A DNA stretch of 64,000 nt. Source: Podarcis tiliguerta (taxonomy: Eukaryota). The notes beneath the pieces were generated by a model. It was not told the DNA's origin and searched no databases. It was given only the letters and a program-made list of their open reading frames with translations. Below are positions 24,845 to 38,371 of the stretch, in pieces (position 1 is the stretch's first letter; each line of letters opens with the position of its first letter). The DNA is taken from assembly GCA_965153285.1 (NCBI GenBank), contig OZ229123.1; one strand, written 5' to 3'. A program made the translations under genes and the position numbers.

Positions 24845-25473
24845 GAGGCATTCTTGATCATAATTAGTGCCATCTTCGAAACTGAGTTATAATGAAACTC
24901 CCTTCCATACAGCTGAGTCCCGAGAGTAGTGTTTATTTTCACAGTGATGTGCATTATTCCCTGAACTGCAGAAAGGAATAGGCAAGTTAAAATAATAATA
25001 ATTTTGTCAGTATTATTTATACAGAAGATTAAAGTTGTGCAACTCGTCTTGGTGGACAGGTGTCTACAATGTTAGACATCCTTGCAATTAATCACAGCAC
25101 TGATAAATATGTTAATTTATATGCTATCCTTATTCATTAAAGATACTACTTATCCCCTTCATCCCAAGGAAGTCTTTGGATATGGAAAGGGAAGCCACAA
25201 TAGCTGTTCTGCTCTTCAAGTACCTCAATAATGTTAAATGAGTACTGGGGATTTGATGCTTTCTTACCAGTGAATTGAATTTTTTACAATGTGTACAAGG
25301 GTGGCAGAAGATCCCTTGCGAGAGATAAAGATCCGAAATGTCCCAAGAGCCAATTGATTGCTTCTTCCTGCAAAAGCGGAGGCATTCTGGATAATAGTTA
25401 GAGCCACCTCCAAAATTGAGCTATAATGAAAGTGCCTCCCATACAGCTGTGTCCCTTGAGTAGTGTTTATTTT
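24845..25473. repeat. Diverged 95-bp direct repeat pair (24845-24939 and 25379-25473)
   Basis: Ungapped hand alignment gives 80/95 identity. Confidence 0.9.
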
Positions 25474-25752
25474 TAGCACCCTTTGCTTAGGCAAAGCAAA
25501 TCATTAGCACTTAAAAGTTCCATTGCTGTAACAATTAGCCATGCTTGTTTGATGGCACTCGAGCTGCTCTTCCCCTCCTCTGATGCATGCTTCTGCCTAC
25601 GACCTCGGAGCGGCGTCTAGATTTATTTCTAAGTGTCCCTTGCTCAATGTGCCTGCAATCCTGGAAGAGTTAGGTGAGTCATATGTTCAGTGTGTTATTA
25701 CTGCAGATAACATAATTCACAGTAATAATTGGTGTGACTTTTACCCTCACAG

Positions 25753-25946
25753 GCCTACTGAAAAATTAAGCGTAGCCTGGAAGAGGAACGGGATCAAAAT
25801 AACCAGTGGAGTTAGCAGTTTTGGGAGACGTCTTGCTATTGCCAACCCAACCTCTGCTGACATTGGAATGTACGTCTGTGAGGCACACTTGAGAGGCATC
25901 GCTGCCGCTGAGCCAGAGAGAGCAAAGGCTTTTCTGTCTATCCTAG
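25753..25946 (+). CDS. SDK1: SDK1 exon (~7), Ig3 C-half: PTEKLSVAWKRNG...DIGMYVCEA...KAFLSIL
   Basis: ttttaccctcacag| ... CTAG|gtaatg; 194 nt, phase 2-1; Ig Trp and DxGxYxC motifs. Confidence 0.95.
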
Positions 25947-28900
25947 GTAATGCTCCTTTTTCATAACACAAGCCTTGAACTGAAGTACAATAGGAAATAG
26001 AAATGGTTATTTTAATATTTCACCGACCTTACAGCTGAACTTCTCCTTGGCAAATGGAACAAAAGGGGTGAAGTAGGGTTATCTTCAAAATTAATTCTTC
26101 ATTGTGAATACAAATTCATCAAGGATATTCTTTCCCTTAACAGCAATGTTATATGGAAAACATTGTGGATCTTAAACTGTGATCATGAAACTGGAAGAAA
26201 CATAGTATATTAAATAGTTATCAGGCAGCTTACATGTCTTGGTTTCCAGCTGGATGAAGCCCTGTCTAATTGCCAGCTTATTCCTGGCAGAGCACTTAAG
26301 AAAGTTGCTCTGTATTACTTTCTACTTGTGAACGCTCATCGAGAAATTTGAGGTTCTGGAGAGGAAATGGTCATGGTCATAAAGTATCCCCAAGCTACCT
26401 TGTAGTCTAGCCGCTAGGCCCTCAATTTAACTGGCCATTTCTTAATCCTTCAGGCCTCTATGTGACCTCAACGCTTAAACAGCACCTCCTTCTGAAACTC
26501 TTGCTTTTGACTGCATGCTGGCTGTTGAAAGAAGAAACATCCTTGCCCTCCAGGCATTATTGCAAGGGAGAAACAAATTTCACGCACTTGCCTCTAAGTC
26601 CCCCACTACTTCCCCAGAATGCCCACTTTTAGGGACTTATATAAGATATGTGGGACCTGCATAAGATCCACTGGTCTCAGATCAGCTGGACGTGTGTGTG
26701 TGTATTCTCTGAGCATTCATCCATGTGATCTACCACCTGTACCCTAAAGAAGTTTGGTCCAAGATTTGCTGTTTGGCCATGATGTCTGCTGTATTGATAG
26801 ACCACCTATAAGGATTTTGGTTATATCTACCAGCTAGTTGGCCGCTAAAACGGAATGTGTTAGCAAACAGAGGAGACCTGGCACACATTTCTAATTTGTG
26901 TTTCCCAACATGTAAGGTTGCTCAGTTGACAGCTCTTGTGGGTCAGCCGAGAAAGGAAATGCTCCACAATCTCTATGGCAGAGTATTGCACTTTTTATAC
27001 AACTGGGAATTTTAATCAGCTTGTACTTTTAAACTCTGACAATAATTTGTGGTTTTATTGACCATTCTTAAGGTTGCCACAGTAGTTTTATTTTGTTATT
27101 TTAATATTTATAAATTGCTTTGAATGAATGAATGGACAAAGGTAACAATCCTATAGCAAGATCCATGAGAATGAGCAGGGTTAGGATCCAGCAGAACTCC
27201 ATTTAAACCAGGAAGTTTGCAGCTGGACTATACCAGCATAAATCCCCATCCTTGACTCAGTTGGAGATATACCAGGGTATCTTCTCCATCCCAGCTCAGC
27301 TGGGAGTCAGTGGATCTTGGTGGTGAATTCATACTTTGTTTTATGTATTTGTTCTAAATGTAGCAGATGGCTTTTATTAACTTCAAGCACTTTGGAGCAT
27401 TTTATGCAAGTCAAGAAGTGCTTCTCATTTTTCCCCTTTGCAAAGTTGTGTTCCACTTTTATTCCTTGTCCTCTTTTTATTTTAGAATGCATTGTGTGAA
27501 CTTTGATTCTAAGGTTCTTCTTTTGTTTTATTCCTGCAGATTATTATCTCCCAGCTTCTTTTCCCTTTTTAAAAGACCAAAAGCCCATTTCAATTATTTA
27601 TGATTCTGATTTAAGCCCTTTTTTATCCCCACCATTTTATTGTGACTAATTTAATTTTGCTGCTGTCCTGTCAGATCCTGCTTCCTGCACTATTTCAACC
27701 CCTGATTCTCCAACTGAAGATGGTGCTTAAGTAGCTAGAACAGAAAAACCAAATGCTAGGGGAAAGATTTTGAGTGTTGCAATGACAACTTTGATTAGAG
27801 TTGTCTGCATACTCTTATTTGAGATGTTTTATTTATTATATCAGTTTTTATAGGGGCACTGGTGAATGAAGTCATGAAAAGAGCTTGCAGGATGAAGAAG
27901 CAGATGAAAAGAAATCAGTAACAAATTGGTTATCAGTTAATTTTATTGCACTTTTCATGCGGCAAGCCACTCTCGTTTGGTTTGTTTACTCCCAGTGTCA
28001 GCTGCATTGGGGGATTTATGTATTTGTGGAACATTAGGAGGGGTGTCTAACAGGAAGCTAAAACAACCCAGTAGTGGAATAATTCATGAAAAAAGCTGGC
28101 GTTCCAAAATGGAAGAGTGCCATCTCTTAATTAGTTAGGGCACAGCACCAAGGGGAAGGTGCAGGCGAGAATCAAATATGATAAAGAGCCCCTATAAAAG
28201 GGATCGTTCTCTCTGAGCTTTCTTGAAGGTGTTTCTTCTGAAGCCTACATTATTAAATTCTGTTTTAGCAGCACTTAAGGACTCTATTATGCTTGTCCAT
28301 TTCTGCACATAAAATATTTGTAGGGTACACAAGTAGATAACACCATGCATGTCTTGGCATAAAGAAAACAAAAGGTTTCCTGAGCCTGCTTAGACGTTGT
28401 GCTAGACAAGCACTCCAGAACTGACCGGAAAGTTCATTCGGAGCAGAAATTCTTTCTACCAGGCTTCACAAAATGGGATCCTGGAGAGGGAGAATTGGCT
28501 TCTGGAGTGATAAAAATCTGAACAGGGATAAGAAATTGGAATGACATGTAGTGTTTTCCAGAGGGGTACTTAATGAAGATATTTTTGTTTTGCGGCTTAA
28601 GTAGGTTAAACACAAATGGATCGTACACTAACAAGAGCAATGGGAATATGAAATAATTCATTCAGGACTCTGTAAAGCAGATGTGGGGGACATTTCCCCC
28701 AACAGATTTTGCCGAACTATAATTCCCACAGCTGTGGCAAGCTTAGCCAATAGCTAGCATCCCCCTGCCCCTTGCTACAGAGTGATCCAACAACATGTTG
28801 AAGACCAAGTGCTGGTAGCTTTTTGAATTGAAATTTTAAAACAGACAAAGACAAAATACGGATGAATGTGATGTTACAGGGAAGGGGCAAAGTGGAATTT

Positions 28901-29556
28901 GGAAAAGGAAATAATAGTTCTGGAAATATAGCGTAAAAGCTGAGTAGGCAAGTTTTAGATCAAATAAACAGAACAGGTTGGATATAATTTTGGTTGCTGA
29001 TATATTATGATGGGTATGATTCTGTTGGTTATGTATTACCAAGAAAGGTTGTGATATCCTCATTCCTGGGCTTTTCATAAGCCAGCAAAAGGGCAAAAGA
29101 TAAAGTGGGATGATTCAGCCATACTGTAATTACAAAATTGTGGGCAGCAAAACGAGGCGGACAGTGTATTGGGATTAAATAAGCCAAAGCTTTTTTTATT
29201 TATTAAGCTTTTAAAACTTTCAGCAATATAAAAACTTAGCACCAGTGAATGTGGAGAACTGATGGACACCTGTTTCCATGGCCTGGGGAACAGACCTGGC
29301 TTTCTGGCCACAGCTGCCTCAGGTGCTCATAGGTCAATCCTGTCCCAGACCCTCTCGGCAAGCCTGCCCTGCCCTCTATAGGAATCTACTCCAGCTGCCC
29401 AGGCACTTCTATTGGATGCCACCATTGCCCTTCCTGTAGGAGTTCTGTAACCGTCTCTGTGTACCCTATATTCACATTTTAGGGTCTCTGCCCACTGCCC
29501 CTCTCTCTCTAAAGAACTTGTCCTCTGGCATAGGTCAACCTGCAAAGCTGAGACAA

Positions 29557-30059
29557 TTGTTGTTGTTTAGTCATTTAGTCATGTCCGACTCTTTTGGACC
29601 CCATGGACCAGAGCACGCCAGGCACTTCTGTCTTCCACTGCCTCCCGCAGCTTGGTCAAACTCATGCTGGTAGCTTCGAGAACACTGTCCCACCATCTCG
29701 TCCTCTGTCGTTCCCTTCTCCTTGTGCCCTCAATCTTTCCCAACATCAGGGTCTTTTCCAGGGAGTCTTCTCTTCTCATGAGGTGGCCAAAGTATTGGAG
29801 CCTCAGCTTCAGGATCTGTCCTTCCAGGGAGCACTCAGGGCTGATTTCCTTAAGAATGGATAGGTTGGATCTTCTCACAGTCCATGGGACTCTCAAGAGT
29901 CTCCCCCAGCACCATAATTCAAACGCATCAATTCTTCGGCAATCAGCCTTCTTTATGGTCCAGCTCTCACTTCCATACATCACTACTGGGAAAACCATGG
30001 CTTTTACTATACGGACCTTTGTTGGCAAGGTGATGTCTCTACTTTTTAAGATGCTGTCT
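29557..30059 (-). mobile_element. BovB (RTE) LINE, 5'-truncated
   Basis: Open peptide LKSRDITLPTKVRIVKAMVFPVVMYGSESWTIKKA...LKLRLQYFGHLMRREDSLEKTLMLGKIEG; (CAA)n tail. Confidence 0.95.
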
Positions 30060-30166
30060 TGAGAAATCATTAAATCAATCAGTCAAATCATTCTACCCAG
30101 TTGACCCAGAATGCAGCATCCTAGGGAAAGTGGGAAATGTGCCAATCCAATGCTAATCAGGTTAGG

Positions 30167-30174
30167 TGTGTGTG

Positions 30175-30212
<38 letters not shown>
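30167..30212. repeat. (GT)n microsatellite (others at 14302-14330 and 22159-22179)
   Basis: Direct reading. Confidence 0.95.
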
Positions 30213-30216
<4 letters not shown>

Positions 30217-30477
30217 CATTGCTCTTCCTCAAAGGGGAGGAGGGTGGGTGGGTTGTGCTGCTTGAACAAGTGAAGGTGGGAAAGAGGCACATATACTGTA
30301 TCTCCTGCTCTCATTGCGCACAGTCTTGTGGTGGCTGGTCATGCTGAATGGTTGCAAGACATCATCTGAGCTCTCACACATGCTTCATTGTAGCCCAGAA
30401 GGTTGTCACACAGCACCACAAACTGCCACTGGAAGCAAAAAGGCCTCATTCTGATGTAAAGGACAGACGATATGCTC

Positions 30478-30807
30478 TTCAGCCCTGTATACCTGAAGGA
30501 GTGTCTCCACCCCCATCGTTCAGCCCTGACACTGAGATCCAGTGCAGAGGGACTTCTGGCGGTTCCCTCACTGCAAGAAGCAAAGCTACAGGGAACCAGG
30601 CAGAGGGCCTTCTCTGTAGTGGCGCCCGCCCTGTGGAACACCCTCCCATCGGATGTCAAGGAGATAAACAACTACCTGACATTTAGAAGACATCTGAAGG
30701 CAGCCCTGTTCAGTGAAGTTTTTAATGTGTGACATTTTTAATCTTTGTTGGAAGCCTCCCAGAGTCGCTAGGGAAACCCAGCCAGATGGGTGGGGTACAA
30801 ATGATAA

Positions 30808-30843
<36 letters not shown>

Positions 30844-30850
30844 TATTATT
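30478..30850 (+). mobile_element. L2-clade LINE 3' fragment with (ATT)n tail
   Basis: PVYLKECL...LRSS...TRQRAFSVVAPALWNTLP...FRRHLKAALF. Confidence 0.9.
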
Positions 30851-33800
30851 TAGTAGTATATTATGATGAGCAGGTCCTGTGTACCGCAGAGCAGTGCAAA
30901 ATAGAAACATGATGCTGTTAAACCCATAACAAATTAAAAACGGCTCCAGTTTAAAATTTGCTGGACTATATTTCAGATGGAGAATACTGTCTGTTCCTGT
31001 GCAATCATATAAACTAGCATGGCTGGAGAAAGCACTGATGCCATTGTTTGCCACCATAGTGGTCGATCAAGATCCACTTCTGTCATGTAAACTCCTAACC
31101 TGGATTTTGCAATGCAGACGGTGCTCTTATGCTAAATGCCCTTGACTTGAGGGGCCTTAAATTGCACCCCTTTCATTTCAATAGAAAACTAAGGGCCCAC
31201 TCTGTCACATGAATGCATTTCAGTGCCCTGGTATTCTATCAGTCAGAAATTCCTGCAAAATGCTTCCAATCTGAATATTTAGTGAGTTGTATCCATGATG
31301 CATCAAGAAATAAAATGATCCCCATCATGCTGCTAACACATAGCACAATTTCCCAACTAGTGTGGCAAAGCTTTCTTTGATTTCTTCATACAGTTCTAGC
31401 AAAGATAAACTAAGGTGGTTCCAAACTCTGGTTTTATTAGCTGCAGCTGTTATAAATTTTTTAAAGGGTAGTGTGTTCCTGTGCTGGCACAGCAGCAGTT
31501 TTGGGGGAGATTTGCTGCAGATTAGATAAGAACATATTTGTTCTGCTACTAGTCATCCAAAGATTAAGTATTGCCATTGCACTCATTTGGAAATGGGACT
31601 AATTCTTTAAAAAAAAACCTGATGTTTTCCTCGTGTTCTTGGAGGTCCTTTAATATAATAGCTCCAGTTATTTTTATACTGCCGTTTCAGTAAGAGTTTA
31701 TGAAATCTTGCCACTACATAAAATGAACAATTGTGCTTTAAAGCAGAAGCTGTGGCTGAAAATAAAACTGGACAAAGGGGAAAAGAAAAAAAGCAACGAT
31801 ACAAAGATGTCAGGATAGTCAGGTGGGACAAAGCAGTGTGAGGCCACAATGCCTCGTTGCCGTTGACCCCTTGGACGTTGACAAGGTGGAGCAGAGGCAA
31901 AAGGCACAGTGAGAAGACTCCAATCCTTTACAAACATTCCATTCTTATTAAAGGATGCCAGACCTCTCTTCATACTTAATAACATTTTATCAATGTACTC
32001 CTTTAACCTAGCAAGGCAGGCTGCAATCCTAGCCCCGGTAAACGTATGTTCCATAGGACTTACTTCTGTGCTTCTGTGGTTGGAATTTGTATCCAGAACA
32101 AAAGGCTAGAGGACAGAAACAAGAAAGCAAGACAAGAAGGGCAGAAGCGAGGAAGCAAGACAAGGAGAGAGAGAATAGGCAATGCAAGGAATGCAGTCCA
32201 ATCAAAGATTTGACCCACAATAGGCTATTTCTGGCTTTGGACCTTTGCTTCAAGTTTGTTTTCTCCAGCAGGTCTGATGAAGCAGTTGAGTTGTGGGCTG
32301 TCTTTAAATTTGGAGTTGATGACACCAGGCTTCTGAGATCTGAGAGAGGTCTTTGACATTTTCTGTGCAGCAGAAAGATGCTGTCCTGTGACAGTTGCCA
32401 ATGAATCAACCCTCTTCCCCAGGAGTCATTGTGGGCTGCTGCTGCTGCTGCTGCTGGTGAAGTGTCTTAGCTCCAGGTGCTTGCTCTGTGGTGACTAGGA
32501 TTCATGTTTCATAGCTGGGGGGAAATGTGTGTTTGTGTGTGTATAATATCTCCCTTTGGGAACAAATTGTGTCATAAGGTGGAAGCAAAGGAGCAGCCGT
32601 ACACACGCTTTGATGGAGTCTGTGTTAGATCTAAGCAAGGTCTAACACAGGCAGCATTTACATTAAGGCAAACAGGATAATGTATGTGCGTGCGCAAATA
32701 TAAAGGATCATAGATCAACACATTTGCTGGATGCAGGTATTGGCTGCAGTTTTGTAGTGAGCAAATCTGGTTTATATATAGAAAGGTGCATTTTGAGGGA
32801 CAGGGAAATGTAATGAATGGCAGCTGTTCCCTTTTACAAATTGTTCGCCAATAAAGGAACTTGCAGAAGATGAGTCTGAGTGCAGGTTTCCTCATTAGCT
32901 GTGCAGGAACACCATTTTGTCACAGAATCTGTACAATGGTTTCCTATCTCTGTGCCCATTGCTTGATTGTGAAATGTGTTTGGGATGTTTTCTGGAAGCT
33001 GAGTGAAAATGGATACCAATCAAATTATTCAAGAATTTCAAAATTATTTGCCTACTGTGTATAGGATGTTAAAGAAAATCTTTGGCAGCTCCCCATAAGT
33101 TTCAAAGGATGCTGCTCCCTATGCATATTAAGCTTCTGCAAATATTAGAGCTATTTATTTGGCACAATTGTTTCTTTTCCTTTGGATCTTCCTTCTTGAC
33201 CCCTTAATTCACAGTCCTAAGCACCACTGAATCTGATGGAACATTCTTCTGAGCAAACATGCTTAAGAAAAACTGATCTGCTTTCCCACATTAGATTATT
33301 TTAGGATTGTGTTCCAAAGTAGATCACAAGTATAGCAGGAACCCATCAATACACAATCCCATTCTATAAGCCTAGCTATATAGTAAACACAACTCTGTAA
33401 CAATAGATTCAGTAGGATTCTGCACCCCCCAGTTATTAATATAAATAAGCCTAATGTCAAAAATTCAACAATGCAACATCAACTGTACTACTAATAAATT
33501 AAAACGATTTCCAGAGAGCAGCTTAAAACCAATTGAATGTGAATAAAGGCAAACTCTAGGAAAATAATAAAATTGCCATTCACAAAAAGCCATTATCAAT
33601 CTCAGCTTCCCACTTAATAAGTAATGTGGAAATGTTTCAAAAATTACCCACCCATATTGGCAGACAGGCAGTCTTCACTCCTGGCTCTCACCTGACCTTT
33701 CTCCACCTTTCACCTGGGGAAGAACAATATTTAATGCCCTCTCACCCACCCCAAGCCATAAAGGGAGAGGCACAAATGGTTTTATGTCCAACCCATTTTA

Positions 33801-36665
33801 TTTTTACCTGTCTCAACCCTATCAAAAGTCTGTTCCATGACGTTTCCACATTAATCTGAGGATTTTAATTTTTTATGAAAACCAGCATTTTATACATATG
33901 TATGAATGTGAATGTCCCTTTCTCCTCAAATTATAATTTTAAAGTGCATTTCGATACATTTTCTGAGGTAATGACTGTGTCGCAACATTTGGAGATGTGT
34001 GAAATCTGACCGAGAGTGACTTCTAAGCCACACACTAGCGTGGGAAGTTTGGATCAGGTCAGTGGAAGTCAAAATTTGCAAAAAAATAGCATTCCTCAGG
34101 CATCCCTAGGGGATCTTCACATGGCATCCACTTTGCATACTGAAAAACAGCAACAGCTTTTTTTAGCGGGAGCCAGACGTACACTTTGCGTTGCCACTGA
34201 CCTCATGCTCAGGGATGGCCAGCTGGGGTCCTACAGGTTGACTCCAGCTCCCAAAGCAAGATTATTTGGCCCCTCATGGCCCTAGCAAATTTTAATCTAA
34301 TAAACCTTTTCTGCTCCTAACCTTCCAGTAATTAAATGTAAATTGTTTGGCCTGATCCCATAAAATGGCTACTATCATCCTGATAGTTTCTGGACCATTT
34401 CACCGTCAACATTGCAGGGCACTGCAATTTCACAACACGGCTGATGTGCCGACGCTACACCCTCCTCCTTTGATCTGGATGCTCAAATTCGCCTATTGTG
34501 TAATTTCAACGTCATTATTTCATGCCCTTCAAATATGCAGTATGTTCAGATAGGATTGGAATGGCCTTTTGGAACAGTGAATGGCCTAGTTAAAACATCA
34601 TCGGGGATCATTTCAGTGTGAAATAGATGCCTCTGGGGGGAGGTAATGGGTTATGGTGGCACCTTACTCCATCTTAGGTCACCCATTTGGACTTAGGCTT
34701 CGGTGATTAATAACAGACAATCACCACCAACTAACAGCTGTTCCTCTGTTAGTTATGGCAAACGACACAATGATCCCAGTCCCTGTAGATATGCAAACAT
34801 ATTTGGAAAAACTCTGATCACTCCATCTGGCACTCCAGCCGGAAAAGGCTAGTTAGAAAAACACTGCTTTGTTTCAGAAGGGAGGCTGAAGCTGCTCTAT
34901 TGCACTTTTGTTTTTTTCTTACCTCTCACTCTGACACACTTTGTGCTGGGAAGCTGCAATGCCCTTTATGGATTACCCCATAGATTCCCGAAGTAATTGT
35001 TTTAAGTCTACTGGGGCGGGGACAAGGATCCCAATATGGGCTGCAAGGCAATTTCTCCCAAAGTGCCCCACGTGGGGCAGGAGGGATGCGACTCCACAGG
35101 AACAATCAGGAGCATCAAGTGAGCTCCCCATTGTTTCTTTGCAGGGGAGCGACGGTGGGTGGGCTGCACTAGGATGTTTCCCATTAAGGAACTGAGGGAG
35201 CTCACAGTCAGTGTCAAGCAGCTGATTGATGCCAAAGCAAGCCATTTTGGAAGAACACTTTTGCACCAATAAGCTGATTGATTGTATGCCTTCAAAGTGG
35301 TTTTCTGAGAGCCCCAGTTTGTGTTTGCAGGTGCAGTTCCAATCCAAACTGCACCTGCAAATGGAATTTGAAGGGGCTCACTGTGACCACTACACAGGTC
35401 ATTGGTGGTCGCAGTAAGCCTATTTGAACTTGACACCAGATGTTCTAATGATGTGATTAGCATGTGAATAGTCACGCCCAACTGTCAAAGTTGGTCTGCT
35501 GGCCAACTCTAGCTCTCTTCTGGAATTCAGAGTCCTGGGCACCAATTCTTCTGAATACCAGTTACTGGGCAACAAGAGTAGCAGGGGGGTATTGTTCTCA
35601 CACCCTCCCCGTAGGCTTCCCAAAGGAATTTGCTTGGCCATTGTGGGTAAGGAGATGTGGGACTAATAGAGAGGACTTTTTTAATCTGACCCAGCAGGGC
35701 TCTTCTGACTTCACATCAAAAGCATGTGCTTTGGCAGAAATTGAAGGATATTGCAGCGTGATTCAATGCTCAAGGGAGCAGGTTTAGCCAATAGACATCT
35801 GATGACAGCTGCCACTTCAGCTGCATGGATTGATTCTGGCTGGTTTGTTATCCTAGTACCAGTCCTGTTGAACATCAGTATGCTGTTGTAAATAGACCTG
35901 CTTTTTCCTGTGCAGATTCTGTAAATGGATCCTGGATATTTTTGAAGTTAGGTGCCACAAATCCCTTAATGTTTCTCACTTGGTAGCCTGTCACACGTGC
36001 AGCAATGGATTATTCCTTTCTGTGATTTCATCCTTGTTTCTGAAGGAGAACCAATGTAGCTGCAGCAGCTACTTCTGTATGTAGTCCATTCACCTGCCAC
36101 CTTGAGTGCAAGAGAAATCCAACACCCAGGAATATACTTCCACCCTTTCGTCTTTATACGTTATTAATTACCGGTAGTGTTTCTTTTCAAATATGATTTG
36201 GTATTTTCCAGCAGCTCAGGACCTACAGTCCCGTGAAACAGAGTTTGAACAACAATTTTTCACAGAAAAACATCACCCTCAACTTCAGTGTTGGGGACCC
36301 CAAAGTGATGCTCGCATTTGCCTTACAGTAGTAGCACATTGCTTTATGACAGTGGAGAAACAACAAAATACTGATGATTACACTGTCCACAAGTTGCCTT
36401 TGGGACTTTCATTTTGTGGAATGCTTTGAGTACATAATAAAGTTTCAGTACTTTACAGAGAACGTGTATTCTCAGAGAACGAGAATGTGTTTTATTCCTT
36501 TTGCTAATTTTGGGTTTTCTGTCAATTTTTCTCCATGAGAGCTATTTGCCACACTCTCTTGTACCAAGTTGTTACGGCTGTTCCCTTAAGGTCCTTCCAA
36601 AACTTGGTGATGACCATACATGCTGCTGCTATGAGCATTCAATTCAATTAGTGCTTTGTGGTTTT

Positions 36666-36912
36666 AGAGCCAGTGTGGTGTAGTGGTTAAGAGCGATAGA
36701 CTCATAATCTGCGGAACCGGGTTTGTGTCTCTGCTCCTCCACATGCAGCTGCTGGGTGATCTTGGACTAGTCACACTTCTTTGAAGTCTCTCAGCCCCAC
36801 TCACCTCACAGAGTGTTTGTTGTGGGGGAGGAAGGGAAAGGAGATTGTGAGCCGCTTTGAGACTCCCTAGGGTAGTGATAAAGCGGAATATCAAATTCAA
36901 ATTCAAACTCTT
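36666..36912 (+). mobile_element. Squam3-like SINE
   Basis: agagccagtgtggtgtagtggttaagagc head; body matches the 6668 copy. Confidence 0.85.
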
Positions 36913-38130
36913 TTAATGTGATTTCATTTTTTTGATATCTTTGTTGGCTACCCAGAGTTCCAGCAGGAAGAAGGGTAGGATAAAAATTCAGTAACAAATA
37001 TAAATGAAGAGCAGTTTGGTCTACCAGGACCATACCTGAGTGACAGGGTGGGCTGCAGTCCTGTTGCTGTCCTGGTGTCAGTGATGCAACTCCACCTGCA
37101 AGGAGTGGAGCACATCTCACAGTAGCCCAGGACCTCTCAAGAAGATGGTGCTGGTTGCAGACCTATATATGGCAGATATGGGTGGAAGGCTCAGAAGAAG
37201 GTAGCTCAGGTCTTCATGCCTTTGCTGGAGCCAAGGCTGAACAGAAAAAGGAACTGGGTGCTTGTTAAGAGAAAGGAAACAGAATATATGTGGGTTGATG
37301 GGGAAAAGACAGAAGCCATGTTTAAGCTTCCCTAGTGTGACAAGAGTAATCTCAGGTTGCTGCAATGCCCTTCTCACATTCCTCTTGCCATTTCATCTGT
37401 AGTTTAGTGTACTAAGTGTTTCACAACCCAGCCAAAACCTACAGGTTACTTCCAGCTTTTGGCATGCTGACATTTCTCTTATCCACCTCATATTGGAACT
37501 TGCTAGCTGTGTATCCATTTAGCCCCCATGTGTCCTTTGCACTTTTCAAATACATGAACAGTCCACTCAGCTGCTTACAGCTCTGTGCTCCTTGTGCCTT
37601 GGTACTTTTCTAGATAAGGCATAAAACCTCAGCATTAAGCACGTTCTGTCCACCACAATTTCCCAATAATGTATAGCTTTAAAGTTTGTTTTTTTCAATA
37701 AATATGTCACTTCATGCACTTATATATTGTTTCTGTTAATAACCGTCACTTAGCTGCAAAAGATCAATAATGTCCTTACATTGATATTATTAAAAAACAA
37801 TAAATCATGCAAACAGCTCTGCTTATTGCTTTCACTCTGAAGGCTTAATTTTTCTAGGAAATTCTGCCTCCTGATGTCTCTGTCGAGAAGAAAATGGAAA
37901 ACCCATACTGAGATATATTTTTAATAAAAAAATATTAGCAAGTTGCATGTAAAAGTCCACGGGCAGCAGGATCACAAGAGGACAGAAAGTGTTGGGGTTG
38001 TTGAGTGTATACACTATGGAAGCTCAGTCACACAGTTAATCTGAGCACAGAAAACAGCCATTTAACAGAGTTGTCTTTAGTAGGCCAACACAAACACACA
38101 CCGCTATGCATCACATACTATTTAGCAGTA

Positions 38131-38371
38131 CAGTGGTACCTCAGTTTAAGAACAGCCCTGTTTATGAACTATTCAGTATACGAACTCTGCAAAACTGGAA
38201 GTAGTGTTCCGGTTAGCGAATTTTAACGTGGTCTATGAACGGAAGCTGAACAGTGGAAGGGCACTGGTGGCAGGAGACCTCATAAGGGAAAGCACATCTC
38301 GGTTTAAGAACAGCTTTGGTTTAAGAAAAGACTTCCGGAATGGATTAAGTTCGTAAACTGAGATAACACTG
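38131..38371. mobile_element. Tc1/mariner (Tigger/pogo-like) MITE
   Basis: TA|CAGTGGTACCTCAGTTTA ... TAAACTGAGATAACACTG|TA. Confidence 0.85.

Noticed and set aside
24751-25494. Paralogous minus-strand peptides KINTT.GTQLYGR.FHY as an antisense gene
   Set aside because: They simply reflect the DNA duplication; the differences are mostly amino-acid-changing and I see no gene structure.
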